A stretch of 64,000 nt of DNA from contig JASGHG010000001.1 of the NCBI GenBank assembly GCA_047602425.1, forward strand, positions 4,128,001 to 4,192,000, given 5' to 3'. A program made the position numbers and the translations under genes. Origin of the DNA: Nibricoccus sp. (GTDB lineage Bacteria > Verrucomicrobiota > Verrucomicrobiia > Opitutales > Opitutaceae). Below are positions 49,710-62,178 of the stretch, in pieces. The notes under the pieces were generated by a model that did no database searches, was not told the origin of the DNA, and saw only the letters and a list, made by a program, of their open reading frames with translations. Numbering within the stretch: the stretch's first letter is position 1; every line of letters begins with the position of its first letter.

Positions 49710-51056
49710 ATGAAAGTCACTGGACTCGCCCTTGTCCCGCCACCCTCCGCCGCTGATCTCCCGAAGGTCACTCCCGAACTCCTCGCCTCGGTTCTCGCGC
49801 GCTACTCGCGCAGCAACGACGGCCTCGGTGCCATCCTCGAAAAAGTCGACCTCGCCAATCCCGATGCCTCGATTGACCGCATCCTGAAATTTGTCGACTA
49901 CGGCCACGCTTCGATCGGCGGCCTCACCGGCGGTCTCGCGATCGCGCTCGACGATGTCTCAATGTGGCTCGCGTACAAAGTCTTTGAAATCTCGCAGATG
50001 GCCGACGGTCAGGAATCGAGCACGCGCTACATCACGATGAACGCGTCAAATGTGCCCTCCGCATCCGAGGTGGGTATTCCCGACGATCTCGCGCCGCGTT
50101 GGCAGGCCTTGCTCGCAAAATCCTTCGCCGCCTACAACGCCGAATACGCGCGGCTCGACGCCGCGGCGATCGCGAATCCCTCGCTCGTGCGCCTGCCGCC
50201 TGACGCGAAGCCGGCCGTAGTCACACGTCTTCGCAAAAACTACGCGCTCGATCGTGCGCGCTACTTCATTCCCTTCGCCACGCGCACCAACCTGGGTCTG
50301 GTGCAAAGCTCGCGCATGTGGGCGCAGACGGTGAAACATCTCGATTCGCTCCCGCATCCTGAAGCTCGCGCCGCCGCGAAGGCGATTCGCGAAGTGCTCC
50401 TGAAAATTTCGCCGCGTCTCATGCGTCACAGCGTCGCCGAAAAATCCTTCGAGGAACAGGCGCGACAAGAACTTGCCGCCAGCTTCAAACTCGGCCTCGA
50501 GCGTCTCTCGACCGCCCCTTTGAACGACGAAGTCTGGGTCAAGGTCGACCGCGACACGCCGCCCTTCCTTGCCGAGACGCAACCGCTTTCCGAGTCCTTG
50601 CGGCACCGAACCAATCGTTATGGATATCAAGGCGTGGCGTCGCGACGGATGCGCGTGACCTTTGCCTGGAATAACATGGCGTTGGCCGAACTCCGCGACC
50701 TCAACCGCCATCGCACCGGCCATCGTTATACGCCGCTCATCCAGGCAGGCTTTTATCTCCCGCCTGAGATCAAGCACAGTGCTCATGCCCAATTGCTCAA
50801 CGAGCAGGCCGACCTCACGCGCGAGCTGATGCAGCGCGGCTCGCCGGCCTATGTGTACTCGCTATTGCTCGGCGCTCAGACGCCATTTGAGCACAGCACG
50901 CACGCCGACAAGTTTATCTACGAAGCCGAACTCCGCACCGGCATGGGCGCGCATTTTCGCTACGCCGAACACCTGAGCGCCACGCTCCGCGAATTCTTTA
51001 AACAAGTCCCAGAAGCAAAAGACTGGGTTGTCGAAGGCACCGCCGAGCCGGAGTGA
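49710..51056 (+). CDS. ThyX-like (flavin-dependent thymidylate synthase family) tandem-domain protein
   Basis: ARYSRS, YGHASIG, QESSTRY, DRARYFIP, RDLNRHR; about twice the length of a single ThyX domain. Confidence 0.65.
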   Translation: MKVTGLALVPPPSAADLPKVTPELLASVLARYSRSNDGLGAILEKVDLANPDASIDRILKFVDYGHASIGGLTGGLAIALDDVSMWLAYKVFEISQMADGQESSTRYITMNASNVPSASEVGIPDDLAPRWQALLAKSFAAYNAEYARLDAAAIANPSLVRLPPDAKPAVVTRLRKNYALDRARYFIPFATRTNLGLVQSSRMWAQTVKHLDSLPHPEARAAAKAIREVLLKISPRLMRHSVAEKSFEEQARQELAASFKLGLERLSTAPLNDEVWVKVDRDTPPFLAETQPLSESLRHRTNRYGYQGVASRRMRVTFAWNNMALAELRDLNRHRTGHRYTPLIQAGFYLPPEIKHSAHAQLLNEQADLTRELMQRGSPAYVYSLLLGAQTPFEHSTHADKFIYEAELRTGMGAHFRYAEHLSATLREFFKQVPEAKDWVVEGTAEPE

Positions 51057-51077
51057 GCTGTTCGGTCTGTTGTTTTT

Positions 51078-51162
51078 GGTAGGGACGACCCGCCGGGTCG
51101 TCCGCCAACGTCGCTTACGAATGACTCGTTAAAACCGGACGGCCCGGCGGGCCGTCCCTACC
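51078..51162. repeat. GTAG-family REP doublet in inverted orientation (REPIN-like)
   Basis: ggtagggacgacccgccgggtcgtccg ... cggacggcccggcgggccgtccctacc; each unit is itself a hairpin. Confidence 0.85.
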
Positions 51163-51168
51163 TCGGAA

Positions 51169-52395
51169 TTACCTGCGGCATAGCACAACGACGAAGAAGC
51201 CATCGCTGTTGTGCTGCGAAGGAAGAATCGTGAGGCCTTGTGGGCTTGGGGTGGCGCTGAAGGTTTGGTTGAAGGGGGTGGTGGCAAATTCCGGATGTGC
51301 GGCGAGGAACTCAGTGACGACGTCTTCGTTTTCGAAATGACTGAGCGAACACGTCGCGTAAACAAGCAGGCCGCCAGGAGCGACGTGTTTGGCGTAGCGG
51401 GCAAGGATTTCGCGTTGGCGCTGGGCGGCGGTTAGAACATCGGCCTCTGAGATCGACCATTTCAAATGGGGCGAACGGCGCCAGGTGCCGGTGCCGCTGC
51501 AAGGGGCATCGACGAGCACGCCATCGAAAAGCGCAGTGGGCGCGGGGGGATGCTGGCGGACCACGATCTGCGAGAGGCGCGCGCGGGCGGCGCGGAGCTT
51601 GAGTTCGGCCAGGGCGTCGTGGCGTGGGTCGAGCGCGGTGACCTGGCCGGTCGGGCCGACGAGGCGGGCGAGTTGCAGAGTTTTTCCGCCAGCGCCGGCG
51701 CAGGCATCGAGCCAGCGCGAACCGGTGGCGGGGCGGACGGCTTCGAGCAAGAGTTGTGAGCCGAGATCCTGCACTTCCACGAGACCTTGGGCGTAGCAAT
51801 CGGTTTTGGTAACGTCGGCTTCGGTGAGCAGTTGGACGGCGCCGGGCAAGAGTGCCGACGGCTGCCACTTCCATTGACGGAAAGTGAATTCCTCAAATAC
51901 GGGCCGCGTGTCCTCGGTTTGGAGGCGGAGCCAGAGCGGGGCGCGGGTGTGAAGGACGTCGATCTCGGGCGATGCAAAGGCGGCCGGGCAATGAGCGCGG
52001 AACCACTCGGGCAGGAGTGGCTCGTTGACGCGGAGGAGGGCGGCTTTTGCAGCGACCGTCGCGGGAAGCGTGGGCCAGTCGGTAGGCAGGGATTGTTTAA
52101 GAGGGCGCGTGGCGTTGTCTTCGGCGGCGAGCCAGACGACGGCGCAAAGTGTTTCTTCCTCGGAGCGGGTGAGCAGAGTTTCAATCCACGGCAGGAACCG
52201 GATCGCGGTGTATAACAATTCCCGATACAAGCGGCGGTCGCGGGAGCCGAAGCGTTTTTCTTTGGCGAGACGTTGCTGGATGCGCGCAGGGAGATTGCGG
52301 TCGTCGCGAAAATGGGGGCGGAGCTCGGCGAGGAGCTTGAGGAAAGTACGGCCTTGATTGGCGGCTACGGGCGAGACTTCAAAGTGTTCGGACAT
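51169..52395 (-). CDS. RsmB/NOP2-family RNA m5C methyltransferase
   Basis: EVQDLGSQ, DACAGAGGKT, VDAPCSGTG, YATCS, DGFF. Confidence 0.9.
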   Translation of the reverse strand: MSEHFEVSPVAANQGRTFLKLLAELRPHFRDDRNLPARIQQRLAKEKRFGSRDRRLYRELLYTAIRFLPWIETLLTRSEEETLCAVVWLAAEDNATRPLKQSLPTDWPTLPATVAAKAALLRVNEPLLPEWFRAHCPAAFASPEIDVLHTRAPLWLRLQTEDTRPVFEEFTFRQWKWQPSALLPGAVQLLTEADVTKTDCYAQGLVEVQDLGSQLLLEAVRPATGSRWLDACAGAGGKTLQLARLVGPTGQVTALDPRHDALAELKLRAARARLSQIVVRQHPPAPTALFDGVLVDAPCSGTGTWRRSPHLKWSISEADVLTAAQRQREILARYAKHVAPGGLLVYATCSLSHFENEDVVTEFLAAHPEFATTPFNQTFSATPSPQGLTILPSQHNSDGFFVVVLCRR

Positions 52396-52533
52396 GGAAA
52401 CACAAATGAACTCAGATGGAGACCGAGGGAAGACAAGACGTCACGCGCAGTGCAAATCCACGTTGTTGCACTTGTGATTGTTCATTTGCCCGATCCAGCA
52501 CATTGGCGGGCCATGCGCCTACCTCATTTCGCC

Positions 52534-54777
52534 TTAGAGGCCGATCAAGCGCGCACTGATGTTGAAGCCGAAACTGCCTTCGCGAGAACGGCCTTCGTAG
52601 CGGCGGACGCCGTATTGAATGCTCCAAATGTTGTTCAGGTTTTGATGGACGGTGAGCGACTGCTCGTTGAAACGACTGCGGCGGGCGTCGTAGTGCAGGC
52701 GCACGACGGCTGAGTAGACTTCGTTGATACGATAACGGGTTTCGCCGATGTACTCATCGATTTGGTGTTGGAGGTAATGGTTCGCGATGCTGAACAGCCA
52801 GACGTTGCCATCGAGAATGGTGAAACGGTTGTTGAATTCGCGCAGCGTGTAATTTTGCGGAGTAAAGCTGTTATAAACGTCATAGCGCAACCAGCGGGCA
52901 GGGGTAAGGCTCAGGCCTGTATGGATGGACGAAACATCTTTTTCGCCGAGGTTGCGGCGGAAGCGATAGTCGCCGGCGACATTGAACGTAAGGAGGTCTC
53001 GCGAGCCATAAGAGGCGTCGCGGGTTTGAAGGGTATTGTCGATCCCGACGCGCAGGACGTTGGTGGATTCGAGGTCGTCGATGTTGCGCTGGTCGGCGAG
53101 TTCGAGCGTAGGCAGAGCGGTGTCGAAGACGCGATCGTCGACTTGCGGGATGTAGCGTTTGCCGCGGTCGGCCGACGGGATGTAGCGATAGGAGAGTTTG
53201 GGCGTCACCAGATGGCGGATGCCGTCGATGCCCCAGCGTTCGTTTTTGTAGTTGTAGACACCACTGGCGCGGAGGCTGGCGTCGGCACCGATTTCACCGA
53301 GGAAACGCGAGTAGGCAGCGCGTCCATTGACGGCGTCGAAATAGTGCGTGAGGCGGGCAGCCGCGACTGGGTTGATGACAAACCATTCACGTGGGGCAAC
53401 AGGACGCTCGAGGGCGTAGAGCCAGTCGATGCGGTTGCTCTTCACGGTGGGGAATGTCTCGTAGGAGACGACGGTGACGTCGTCGATTTTCTCGCTCTGA
53501 GCGTCAAATGCGCGTTCGCGCAAGGCGGCGAGGCTCAGGCTGCCCCGGTTGTAGATTCCGAATCCCAAAAGGCTGGGCAGGTAGTCGGTGCGAAGCTCGG
53601 GGAGGCGTTGTTGGACGCGGTAGAAAGTGTTGGGTTGGATGCGGAGAAAGGTCGAGGAGACGGCGTTGTCGCTGGCATGGGTGGTCTCAAAAAAGGTATC
53701 TGGTTGCTGGTTGCGGTTGAACTCATCGGGGCGAAAATCTCGGGCGACGGCGGAGTCGGTCCAGTAATTGAGCTGGATGTTGGTTGTGGTATTCCGTTTG
53801 AGCGAGACGAAGGCGTCCTGCCATTGGACGAAACCCCGGTCGGAATGAATGGGGCGACCCAGGATGTCCAAGCCCTTGTTGCCATTGTCGTGGATGTAGC
53901 CGGTGTTGAATTCGCCGAACTTGTGATGTTCGTTTTTGGTGATGTCGTAGGTTCCGGAGGGGCCAAAGAGGATGCCGCGCGAACTGTAGAGACCAAGATC
54001 GCCGCCCAAATTGACGCCTTGGGCAAAGGGCAGGTGGAGGCCGAGGTCGGCGAAATAGCCGAGCGTGCCACTGTGACCGACTTTGGCGCTGATGTGCGAA
54101 ATGAGCGGATCGTGGACGTTTTGGTCGATGCGGCGGAAGGGGATCACGGGAGTGTCTCCGGTGCCGAGGCGTGCTTTTTCGGCGACGACATTTTCGCGGC
54201 TGACGACTGAGATTTTTTTTGCGGTGAGCGTGGGAGTGAAGATTCCGGGTTCGCGGTAAAACATTTTTGCGTCGTAGGCCGCAAAGTCGCGCGGTGTGCC
54301 TTCGACGCGACTGGCCTCGATGTAGAGAGGATATTCGCCAAAGCGCAGTCGCGTGCCGCTGAACGTTTTTTCTTTGAGGTGAAAAAGAATTTCGTCGGCC
54401 AGCAGGCGTTTCGCGCCTTGGGGCAGAAGTTCGCTGCCGCGTTCGGAAGTGAGGGCGAGTTTATTGTCGATCGTGAGGACAACGTGGCCACGGGCGCTGG
54501 CGGTTTGCGAGCGAAGGTTGTAGCGGATTTCGTCGGCCGTGAGCAGGACGCCCTCGTAGTCGAGGCGGGCGTTGCCGGTGAGCACTTGATCGCCGGTGCC
54601 TGGATCGGTGTCCATGAGCTCCGCGTTGAACTGCGGCAGGCTGGGAATTTGCGCGCCGGCAATGGCGCAGCAGCAAAGGACAAACAGGGCGGTCAGTAAA
54701 CGGCGGATCACGATCCGCGGAGCAAAATCATGGCGGCGGTCGCAGGCAAGCTCCTTGGCGAGGGCGGTGCGGGGCAT
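52534..54777 (-). CDS. lptD: LPS-assembly outer-membrane protein LptD-like
   Basis: N-terminal jelly-roll-like segment (LTADEIRYN...ASARGHV) and long beta-barrel with HLVTPKLSYRY; start uncertain. Confidence 0.7.
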   Translation of the reverse strand: MPRTALAKELACDRRHDFAPRIVIRRLLTALFVLCCCAIAGAQIPSLPQFNAELMDTDPGTGDQVLTGNARLDYEGVLLTADEIRYNLRSQTASARGHVVLTIDNKLALTSERGSELLPQGAKRLLADEILFHLKEKTFSGTRLRFGEYPLYIEASRVEGTPRDFAAYDAKMFYREPGIFTPTLTAKKISVVSRENVVAEKARLGTGDTPVIPFRRIDQNVHDPLISHISAKVGHSGTLGYFADLGLHLPFAQGVNLGGDLGLYSSRGILFGPSGTYDITKNEHHKFGEFNTGYIHDNGNKGLDILGRPIHSDRGFVQWQDAFVSLKRNTTTNIQLNYWTDSAVARDFRPDEFNRNQQPDTFFETTHASDNAVSSTFLRIQPNTFYRVQQRLPELRTDYLPSLLGFGIYNRGSLSLAALRERAFDAQSEKIDDVTVVSYETFPTVKSNRIDWLYALERPVAPREWFVINPVAAARLTHYFDAVNGRAAYSRFLGEIGADASLRASGVYNYKNERWGIDGIRHLVTPKLSYRYIPSADRGKRYIPQVDDRVFDTALPTLELADQRNIDDLESTNVLRVGIDNTLQTRDASYGSRDLLTFNVAGDYRFRRNLGEKDVSSIHTGLSLTPARWLRYDVYNSFTPQNYTLREFNNRFTILDGNVWLFSIANHYLQHQIDEYIGETRYRINEVYSAVVRLHYDARRSRFNEQSLTVHQNLNNIWSIQYGVRRYEGRSREGSFGFNISARLIGL

Positions 54778-54945
54778 AGTCGGTTGCTGGGTGGCGGTGA
54801 GGGAGGCGCAGATCCTTGGACAGCGTGGCGGACGTTTGTGCCCGGCAATTCTTGGCGCAATGCGATGGATGTTTCTTCTGGTACGGAAATTGCCTGCTAG
54901 ACGTTACATCATTCTGTGTCATGGTAACGTCTAACTCTCTTCCCC

Positions 54946-57159
<2,214 letters not shown>

Positions 57160-57305
57160 AGTTGTCTCAAGCAATCTAAAGCGCACTGCCGACGGGCAGT
57201 GCTAAAGTCTCACTCCAAAAGAAATCGCATCCGATTAAAACCGGAGGAGGTTGGTTCCGACCTGTCAAAGTCGATGCTGTATGGTTCTCCGTTAGCCGAA
57301 TAAGT

Positions 57306-57734
57306 ATGCGCCAAGTAAGCATCATACGTTGTCCCTCCAGGCCGTTTCACTTCACACCACCATTTGGTGGAGGGAACTACGCGTTACTTCTATATATTGC
57401 AGTGACAGATGTTTCTACCGAAGAACAGACCATGATCAGTGCGGCAATTGTCGCTTCAGGTTGCCGATACGCCGTGTGCTATGGTCATCGCTGTTCGAGT
57501 TGGGACGATTCGATCGATTTGGCTGCCGTCGAAAATGGCGAAGAAAAAAGCGCCTTCGTTATGACTACATGGCATGAGAACGATACACCGGAGGACGTTG
57601 CTTTCTTCTTTTGGAATAATACGTCGTTTGATGATTTTACTGCCGAACGCTTGGGCGTTTTTATCCTTGGCCCTGATTCGAAGACTGAAGCATCTCTTGT
57701 AGCTGCCTTCGACTCTTTTCGTCAAAAGACCTAA
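57306..57734 (+). CDS. Hypothetical protein (142 aa), cassette-like context
   Basis: Lower GC; GTTAGCC at 57291-57297 just upstream; stop overlaps ACCTAAT. Confidence 0.7.
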   Translation: MRQVSIIRCPSRPFHFTPPFGGGNYALLLYIAVTDVSTEEQTMISAAIVASGCRYAVCYGHRCSSWDDSIDLAAVENGEEKSAFVMTTWHENDTPEDVAFFFWNNTSFDDFTAERLGVFILGPDSKTEASLVAAFDSFRQKT

Positions 57735-57857
57735 TCTGCCCTTACGATTTCCGTATTCACAATGGTTCGGTCGGCTATTCTGCTTCCCTTTACCTGCAGG
57801 ATACTTGTTTCATTCGATAGTTCAGGGCTCTAAGTGTGTCAAAGGCCTAGCAGACTC

Positions 57858-59354
57858 CTACGCTGCATTCGTCGCGCCATAGCCGAAGAGTTTCCTCTTT
57901 TTGATGGTACTGGCGACGCTGGGGGGAACCATTTGCTCCCAGGAGGCGTCGCCGGCTTTGATGCGGCGGAGGACGTCGCGGGAGAAAATGCTCAGGTGTG
58001 CCTCGTTGTAGCCGGTCACACAGTCAATGTAATGATTCTCCATGAGATGCGCGTAGAGGTTACGCAGGTTGTCGGGTACATGGAGGTTTTTCGCGGTGAT
58101 CAAAACGCGGTTGCTGAAGCCGGTGTTCATCGGGGCGGGCGGCGCGCCACTGGGATTTTGTTCGGCGAGGAAGCGTTCGAAGGCCTGCGCTTGCATCGGG
58201 TAAACATAGAGTTTCACCGCGTAGCGGAAGAGGCGGCCGACGGCTTCGAGAATGCCGCCCGGGAGGCTTTCGTAATATTTTTCGTTGAAGACCTCGAGGA
58301 GGTTGTTGATGCCGAGCGCGACCCCAACCATCTCCTGGGTGTAACGGCGGAAGTACGCGGTGAGGCGGTGGAATTCCGAGTAATTCGAAATCAGGACGGT
58401 GAAGCCGAGTTCGCTCAAAAGATCGACGCGCGAGAGGAAGTCCTGGGAGTCGAGGTCGCCGGCGGCCAGCAGATTGTGCATGGTGATTTCCATGAGCACG
58501 ATCGTTTCCTTGCCCTTGACGAGTGGTTCTTGAACGAATTGCGCGCAAGCACAGTTGATCATGTCGACGTTGACGTGGGTGACAGGGCGGAAGCTGCCGC
58601 GCTCGACGACGATGGCTTTTTTATAGAGGATTTCGGAGGGCTGCAGGACGTCGCCGGCGGGGCCGAACATGACGGCGTTGGTCAGTCCATGCCGCACGAG
58701 GTGAAGCGAGGCGAGGCGGTTGTCGACGTTGGCGAAGGCGGGACCGGAGAACTTCAGCATGTCGACTTCGATGCGGGCAGTGCCGACCTGATCGACGAGG
58801 GAGATGATCAATTTCTCCAAGTCGTCGCGGAGGTAGAAGGCTCCGTAAATGAGGTTCACGCCGACGATGCCGAGCGCCTGCTGCTGAAGGACGTTTTCCT
58901 TGTCCCACATGCGCACGTGCATGATGGCCTCGCTGGGCGTACCGTTAGGTTCGGTTTGAAAACGAATGCCCATCCAGCCATGGCACTCGTTGTTGCCCTT
59001 GTAACTTTTGGCGGAAACGGTGTCGGCGAAGACGAAGAAAGTGGTGTCGGCGCCGCGAGTGGAGGCGAGGCGTTGGTTGAGCAATTCATACTCGTGGCTG
59101 AGCATGAGGCTGAGACGTTCGCGCGAGACGTAGCGCGGGGCCTTGCCATAGATCGCGTCGCTGAAGGCCATGTCGTACGCCGAAATGGTTTTGGCGACGG
59201 TGCCGGCGGCGCCACCGGCTTGGAAGAACCACCGGGCGACCTCCTGGCCCGCGCCGATTTCGGCGAAGGTGCCGTACTTGACGGGGTCGAGATTGACCGT
59301 GAGCGCCTTGCGATTGGTGGTGAGAAGTTCCTTCTGCTGCTCGGTGGGTTCCAT
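57858..59354 (-). CDS. Conserved cytoplasmic protein with nucleotidyltransferase-like C-terminal region; function unknown
   Basis: YGTFAEIGAGQEV, ERGSFRPVT, WEQMVP motifs; no signal peptide. Confidence 0.7.
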   Translation of the reverse strand: MEPTEQQKELLTTNRKALTVNLDPVKYGTFAEIGAGQEVARWFFQAGGAAGTVAKTISAYDMAFSDAIYGKAPRYVSRERLSLMLSHEYELLNQRLASTRGADTTFFVFADTVSAKSYKGNNECHGWMGIRFQTEPNGTPSEAIMHVRMWDKENVLQQQALGIVGVNLIYGAFYLRDDLEKLIISLVDQVGTARIEVDMLKFSGPAFANVDNRLASLHLVRHGLTNAVMFGPAGDVLQPSEILYKKAIVVERGSFRPVTHVNVDMINCACAQFVQEPLVKGKETIVLMEITMHNLLAAGDLDSQDFLSRVDLLSELGFTVLISNYSEFHRLTAYFRRYTQEMVGVALGINNLLEVFNEKYYESLPGGILEAVGRLFRYAVKLYVYPMQAQAFERFLAEQNPSGAPPAPMNTGFSNRVLITAKNLHVPDNLRNLYAHLMENHYIDCVTGYNEAHLSIFSRDVLRRIKAGDASWEQMVPPSVASTIKKRKLFGYGATNAA

Positions 59355-59568
59355 GGGAGGAGAAGAGCCGAAACGGCTGGCTTTTTTTGTGGCACGGAGG
59401 GGCGCCAAAGAAAAGTTTTAGCTCTTAGGGCGGAGGAAAAGTAGCTGGGATTTGTCGCGGTGGCGAGCGGCATTAGCGGGCGTTTTTTCCCGGTAGACGA
59501 CTTGCGGGGAACGCCCCAGCGAAATTCGCTGGATGCCCGGGGACGTTTCACCCAACGTGGCGGGCGAC

Positions 59569-61386
59569 ATGAAAAACTTTTTCACCTCGATGTTGGGGAC
59601 GTTGGCGGCGTTGGCGGTTTGCGCGATGGGCGCGTTCATCATCGGACTGATCATGCTCGGCATGTTGATCGCGATAGGTAACAAAAAGCCCGCGTCCGTC
59701 GAACAAGGCGCGTATCTCGTTTTTGACCTCACGACTTTGATCACGGACGCGCCACCCGAAGCGACGCCGTCGGAATTGCTTTCGGCGCTGGGCAGTGGAG
59801 ACCAGGGACCGCGTCAGTTGCAATTGCGCCAAGTCACTGCGGCGCTGCGTGCGGCGGGCAACGATTCGCGTATCGCCGGCGTTTATTTGCACGGGCATCT
59901 GCCCTCGGGCGGCGGCTCGTTCGGCAACGGTTTCGCAGCGCTCAAGGAAGTGCGCGAAGCGCTGGTCGCGGTGAAGGCCAAGGGAAAACCGGTGGTCGCT
60001 TATCTGGATGTCGCGAGCACGCGCGACATGTATGTCTCCTCGGTCGCGAACGAACTCATGCTCGATCCCTACGGCATCATCTACATGCCGGGTCTTGGTG
60101 CCGAACCGATGTTCTACACTGGCGCTTTTGAAAAGTTCGGCATCGGCGTGCAAGTCACGCGTGTCGGCAAATACAAATCGGCGGTGGAGCCTTTTACGCG
60201 CAAGGACCTGAGTCCGGAAAATCGCGAGCAGTTGCAAAAGCTCCTCGACGACGTCTGGGGCGAACTGGTGGAGGCGACGGCTGACGCCCGCGGTTTGTCC
60301 AAGGCGGATCTGCAGGCGATCGTGGACCGCGAAGGTTTTATCCGCGCCGACGCCGCGCTCGCGGCAAAACTGGTCACGCGTGTGAGCTACCGCGACGAGG
60401 CACTCGACGAACTCAAAACGCGCACCGGCCTCAAGGGCGTGAACAAGCCTTTCAAGCAAATCGCGCTGGCGGAATACATTGATCTGATGGACGGGCCGCA
60501 TATGGCTAAACCCTCCTCGGGCGGGAAAATCGCTGTGGTCTACGCCGAAGGCGTGATTGTCGACGGCAACGGCCAGCAGGACGAGATCGGCGGAACCCGC
60601 TTCGCCCGCGAACTGCGTCGTCTGCGCCAGGACAACGACGTCAAAGCGATCGTGCTGCGCGTCAACAGCCCGGGCGGTTCGGCTTCGGCCTCCGAGCACA
60701 TCCAGCGCGAAGTCCGCCTCGCGAAGCAGGTCAAGCCGGTCATCGTCTCGATGGGCTCCTACGCCGCGTCGGGCGGGTATTGGATTTCCACCTACGGCGA
60801 TAAAATTTATGCCGAACCCACGACAATCACTGGTTCTATTGGCGTGTTCGGCTTGATGATGAACGTGCAAAAACTCGCGGGAAATCTCGGGCTGACCTTC
60901 GACCGCGTGAAAACCGGCAAATACGCCGACTCGATGACGATTTCGCGTCCGAAGACCGAAGAGGAACTCGCGCTCATCCAGCGCGCCGTCGACTGGATCT
61001 ACAGCGAATTCATCACGAAGGTTTCCCAGTCGCGCGGCCTCGAACTTTCGCGCGTGCAGGAAATCGCCCAAGGCCGTGTCTGGTCGGGTGTCGAAGCGAA
61101 GAATCTCGGTTTGGTCGACGAAATCGGCGGGCTTGATGCGGCCATTGCTTTTGCCGCGGAAAAAGCCGGCTTGGGCAACAAATACCAGCTGATCGAATAT
61201 CCCGCGCACAAGGAATTTGCCGAAATGATCGCCGAGCTTTTCAACGGCATCAAACCCGCCAGCTCGCGCGGCGGCGCAATCACGACTATGGTTGACGCGA
61301 TGAAAGACGAACTGCGCTCCCTCGAACAATTCAACGATCAGCAGGGCGTTTACGCCCGCCTGCCGGTTGACATCCGCCTGAAATAA
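59569..61386 (+). CDS. sppA: Signal peptide peptidase A (67-kDa type)
   Basis: VGKYKSAVEPF, RVNSPGGS, AASGGYW, TITGSIGV, QGRVW. Confidence 0.95.
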   Translation: MKNFFTSMLGTLAALAVCAMGAFIIGLIMLGMLIAIGNKKPASVEQGAYLVFDLTTLITDAPPEATPSELLSALGSGDQGPRQLQLRQVTAALRAAGNDSRIAGVYLHGHLPSGGGSFGNGFAALKEVREALVAVKAKGKPVVAYLDVASTRDMYVSSVANELMLDPYGIIYMPGLGAEPMFYTGAFEKFGIGVQVTRVGKYKSAVEPFTRKDLSPENREQLQKLLDDVWGELVEATADARGLSKADLQAIVDREGFIRADAALAAKLVTRVSYRDEALDELKTRTGLKGVNKPFKQIALAEYIDLMDGPHMAKPSSGGKIAVVYAEGVIVDGNGQQDEIGGTRFARELRRLRQDNDVKAIVLRVNSPGGSASASEHIQREVRLAKQVKPVIVSMGSYAASGGYWISTYGDKIYAEPTTITGSIGVFGLMMNVQKLAGNLGLTFDRVKTGKYADSMTISRPKTEEELALIQRAVDWIYSEFITKVSQSRGLELSRVQEIAQGRVWSGVEAKNLGLVDEIGGLDAAIAFAAEKAGLGNKYQLIEYPAHKEFAEMIAELFNGIKPASSRGGAITTMVDAMKDELRSLEQFNDQQGVYARLPVDIRLK

Positions 61387-61391
61387 CTTCC

Positions 61392-61928
61392 ATGAACAAC
61401 CCCAACACGCATCTTTCGCGGGATATTCCGGCCACGGCCATTCCAGCCGGCCATGCCACCACACTGACTGCCGGTAGCAATGTGTTCGTCATGCAAACCC
61501 TTGGTGGCAATGTCACCGTTCGCACGGATCAGGGTTTGTTCCGCATCGCGGCCGAGCACGCGTCGGCGATCATTGGCTTTGAACCGCCGAAGACCACGGC
61601 GGCCGCCGCGGGCGAATTTAGCGAGCAGGCGGTATGGGATGCGATGAAGACCTGCTTCGATCCTGAAATCCCTGTCAATATTGTCGATTTGGGATTGGTT
61701 TATGACATGAGCGTCGAGAAGACGCCGGACGGTGGCCATGCGATTGAAGTGAAAATGACGCTGACCGCGCCCGGCTGCGGCATGGGGCCGGTGATCGCCG
61801 AAGACGCGCGCCAAAAAATCGCCGCATTGCCGACCGTGCGTTCGGCCAAGGTTCACATCGTTTGGGACCCCGTGTGGAATCCCCAAATGATTTCCGCCGA
61901 AGGCCGGCAGAAGCTGGGCATCGAGTGA
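61392..61928 (+). CDS. sufT: Fe-S cluster assembly protein SufT
   Basis: QTLGG N-domain; DPEIPVNIVDLGLVY, MTLTAPGCGMG. Confidence 0.9.
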   Translation: MNNPNTHLSRDIPATAIPAGHATTLTAGSNVFVMQTLGGNVTVRTDQGLFRIAAEHASAIIGFEPPKTTAAAAGEFSEQAVWDAMKTCFDPEIPVNIVDLGLVYDMSVEKTPDGGHAIEVKMTLTAPGCGMGPVIAEDARQKIAALPTVRSAKVHIVWDPVWNPQMISAEGRQKLGIE

Positions 61929-62178
61929 CGGTGTTTCTTCCGCGCTTCCGAAAAAACCTTTTTTACAGGAGGAAACGGAGGGCGCGGAGGAGGTGGAAGG
62001 AAAGGCGAAGGCTGACGTGCGCTGCCCCGACTTGGGGATTTGCCCTCCGCGACTGCCCAATTCTTTTCCCCGAAAGAAAAAATGGGAATTCCAAAACCGC
62101 GTTTTGCCCGGACGAAGGGCAATTTTACCTTCCGCCAATCAGTGAAACCCCGCGCGCCGCGGCAAAATGCCGACGACT

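Noticed and set aside
59548..61464. Long antisense ORFs (also 55162-57096, 18022-19539, 23850-25286, 57834-59444)
   Set aside because: Shadow frames of well-supported genes, expected in high-GC DNA.
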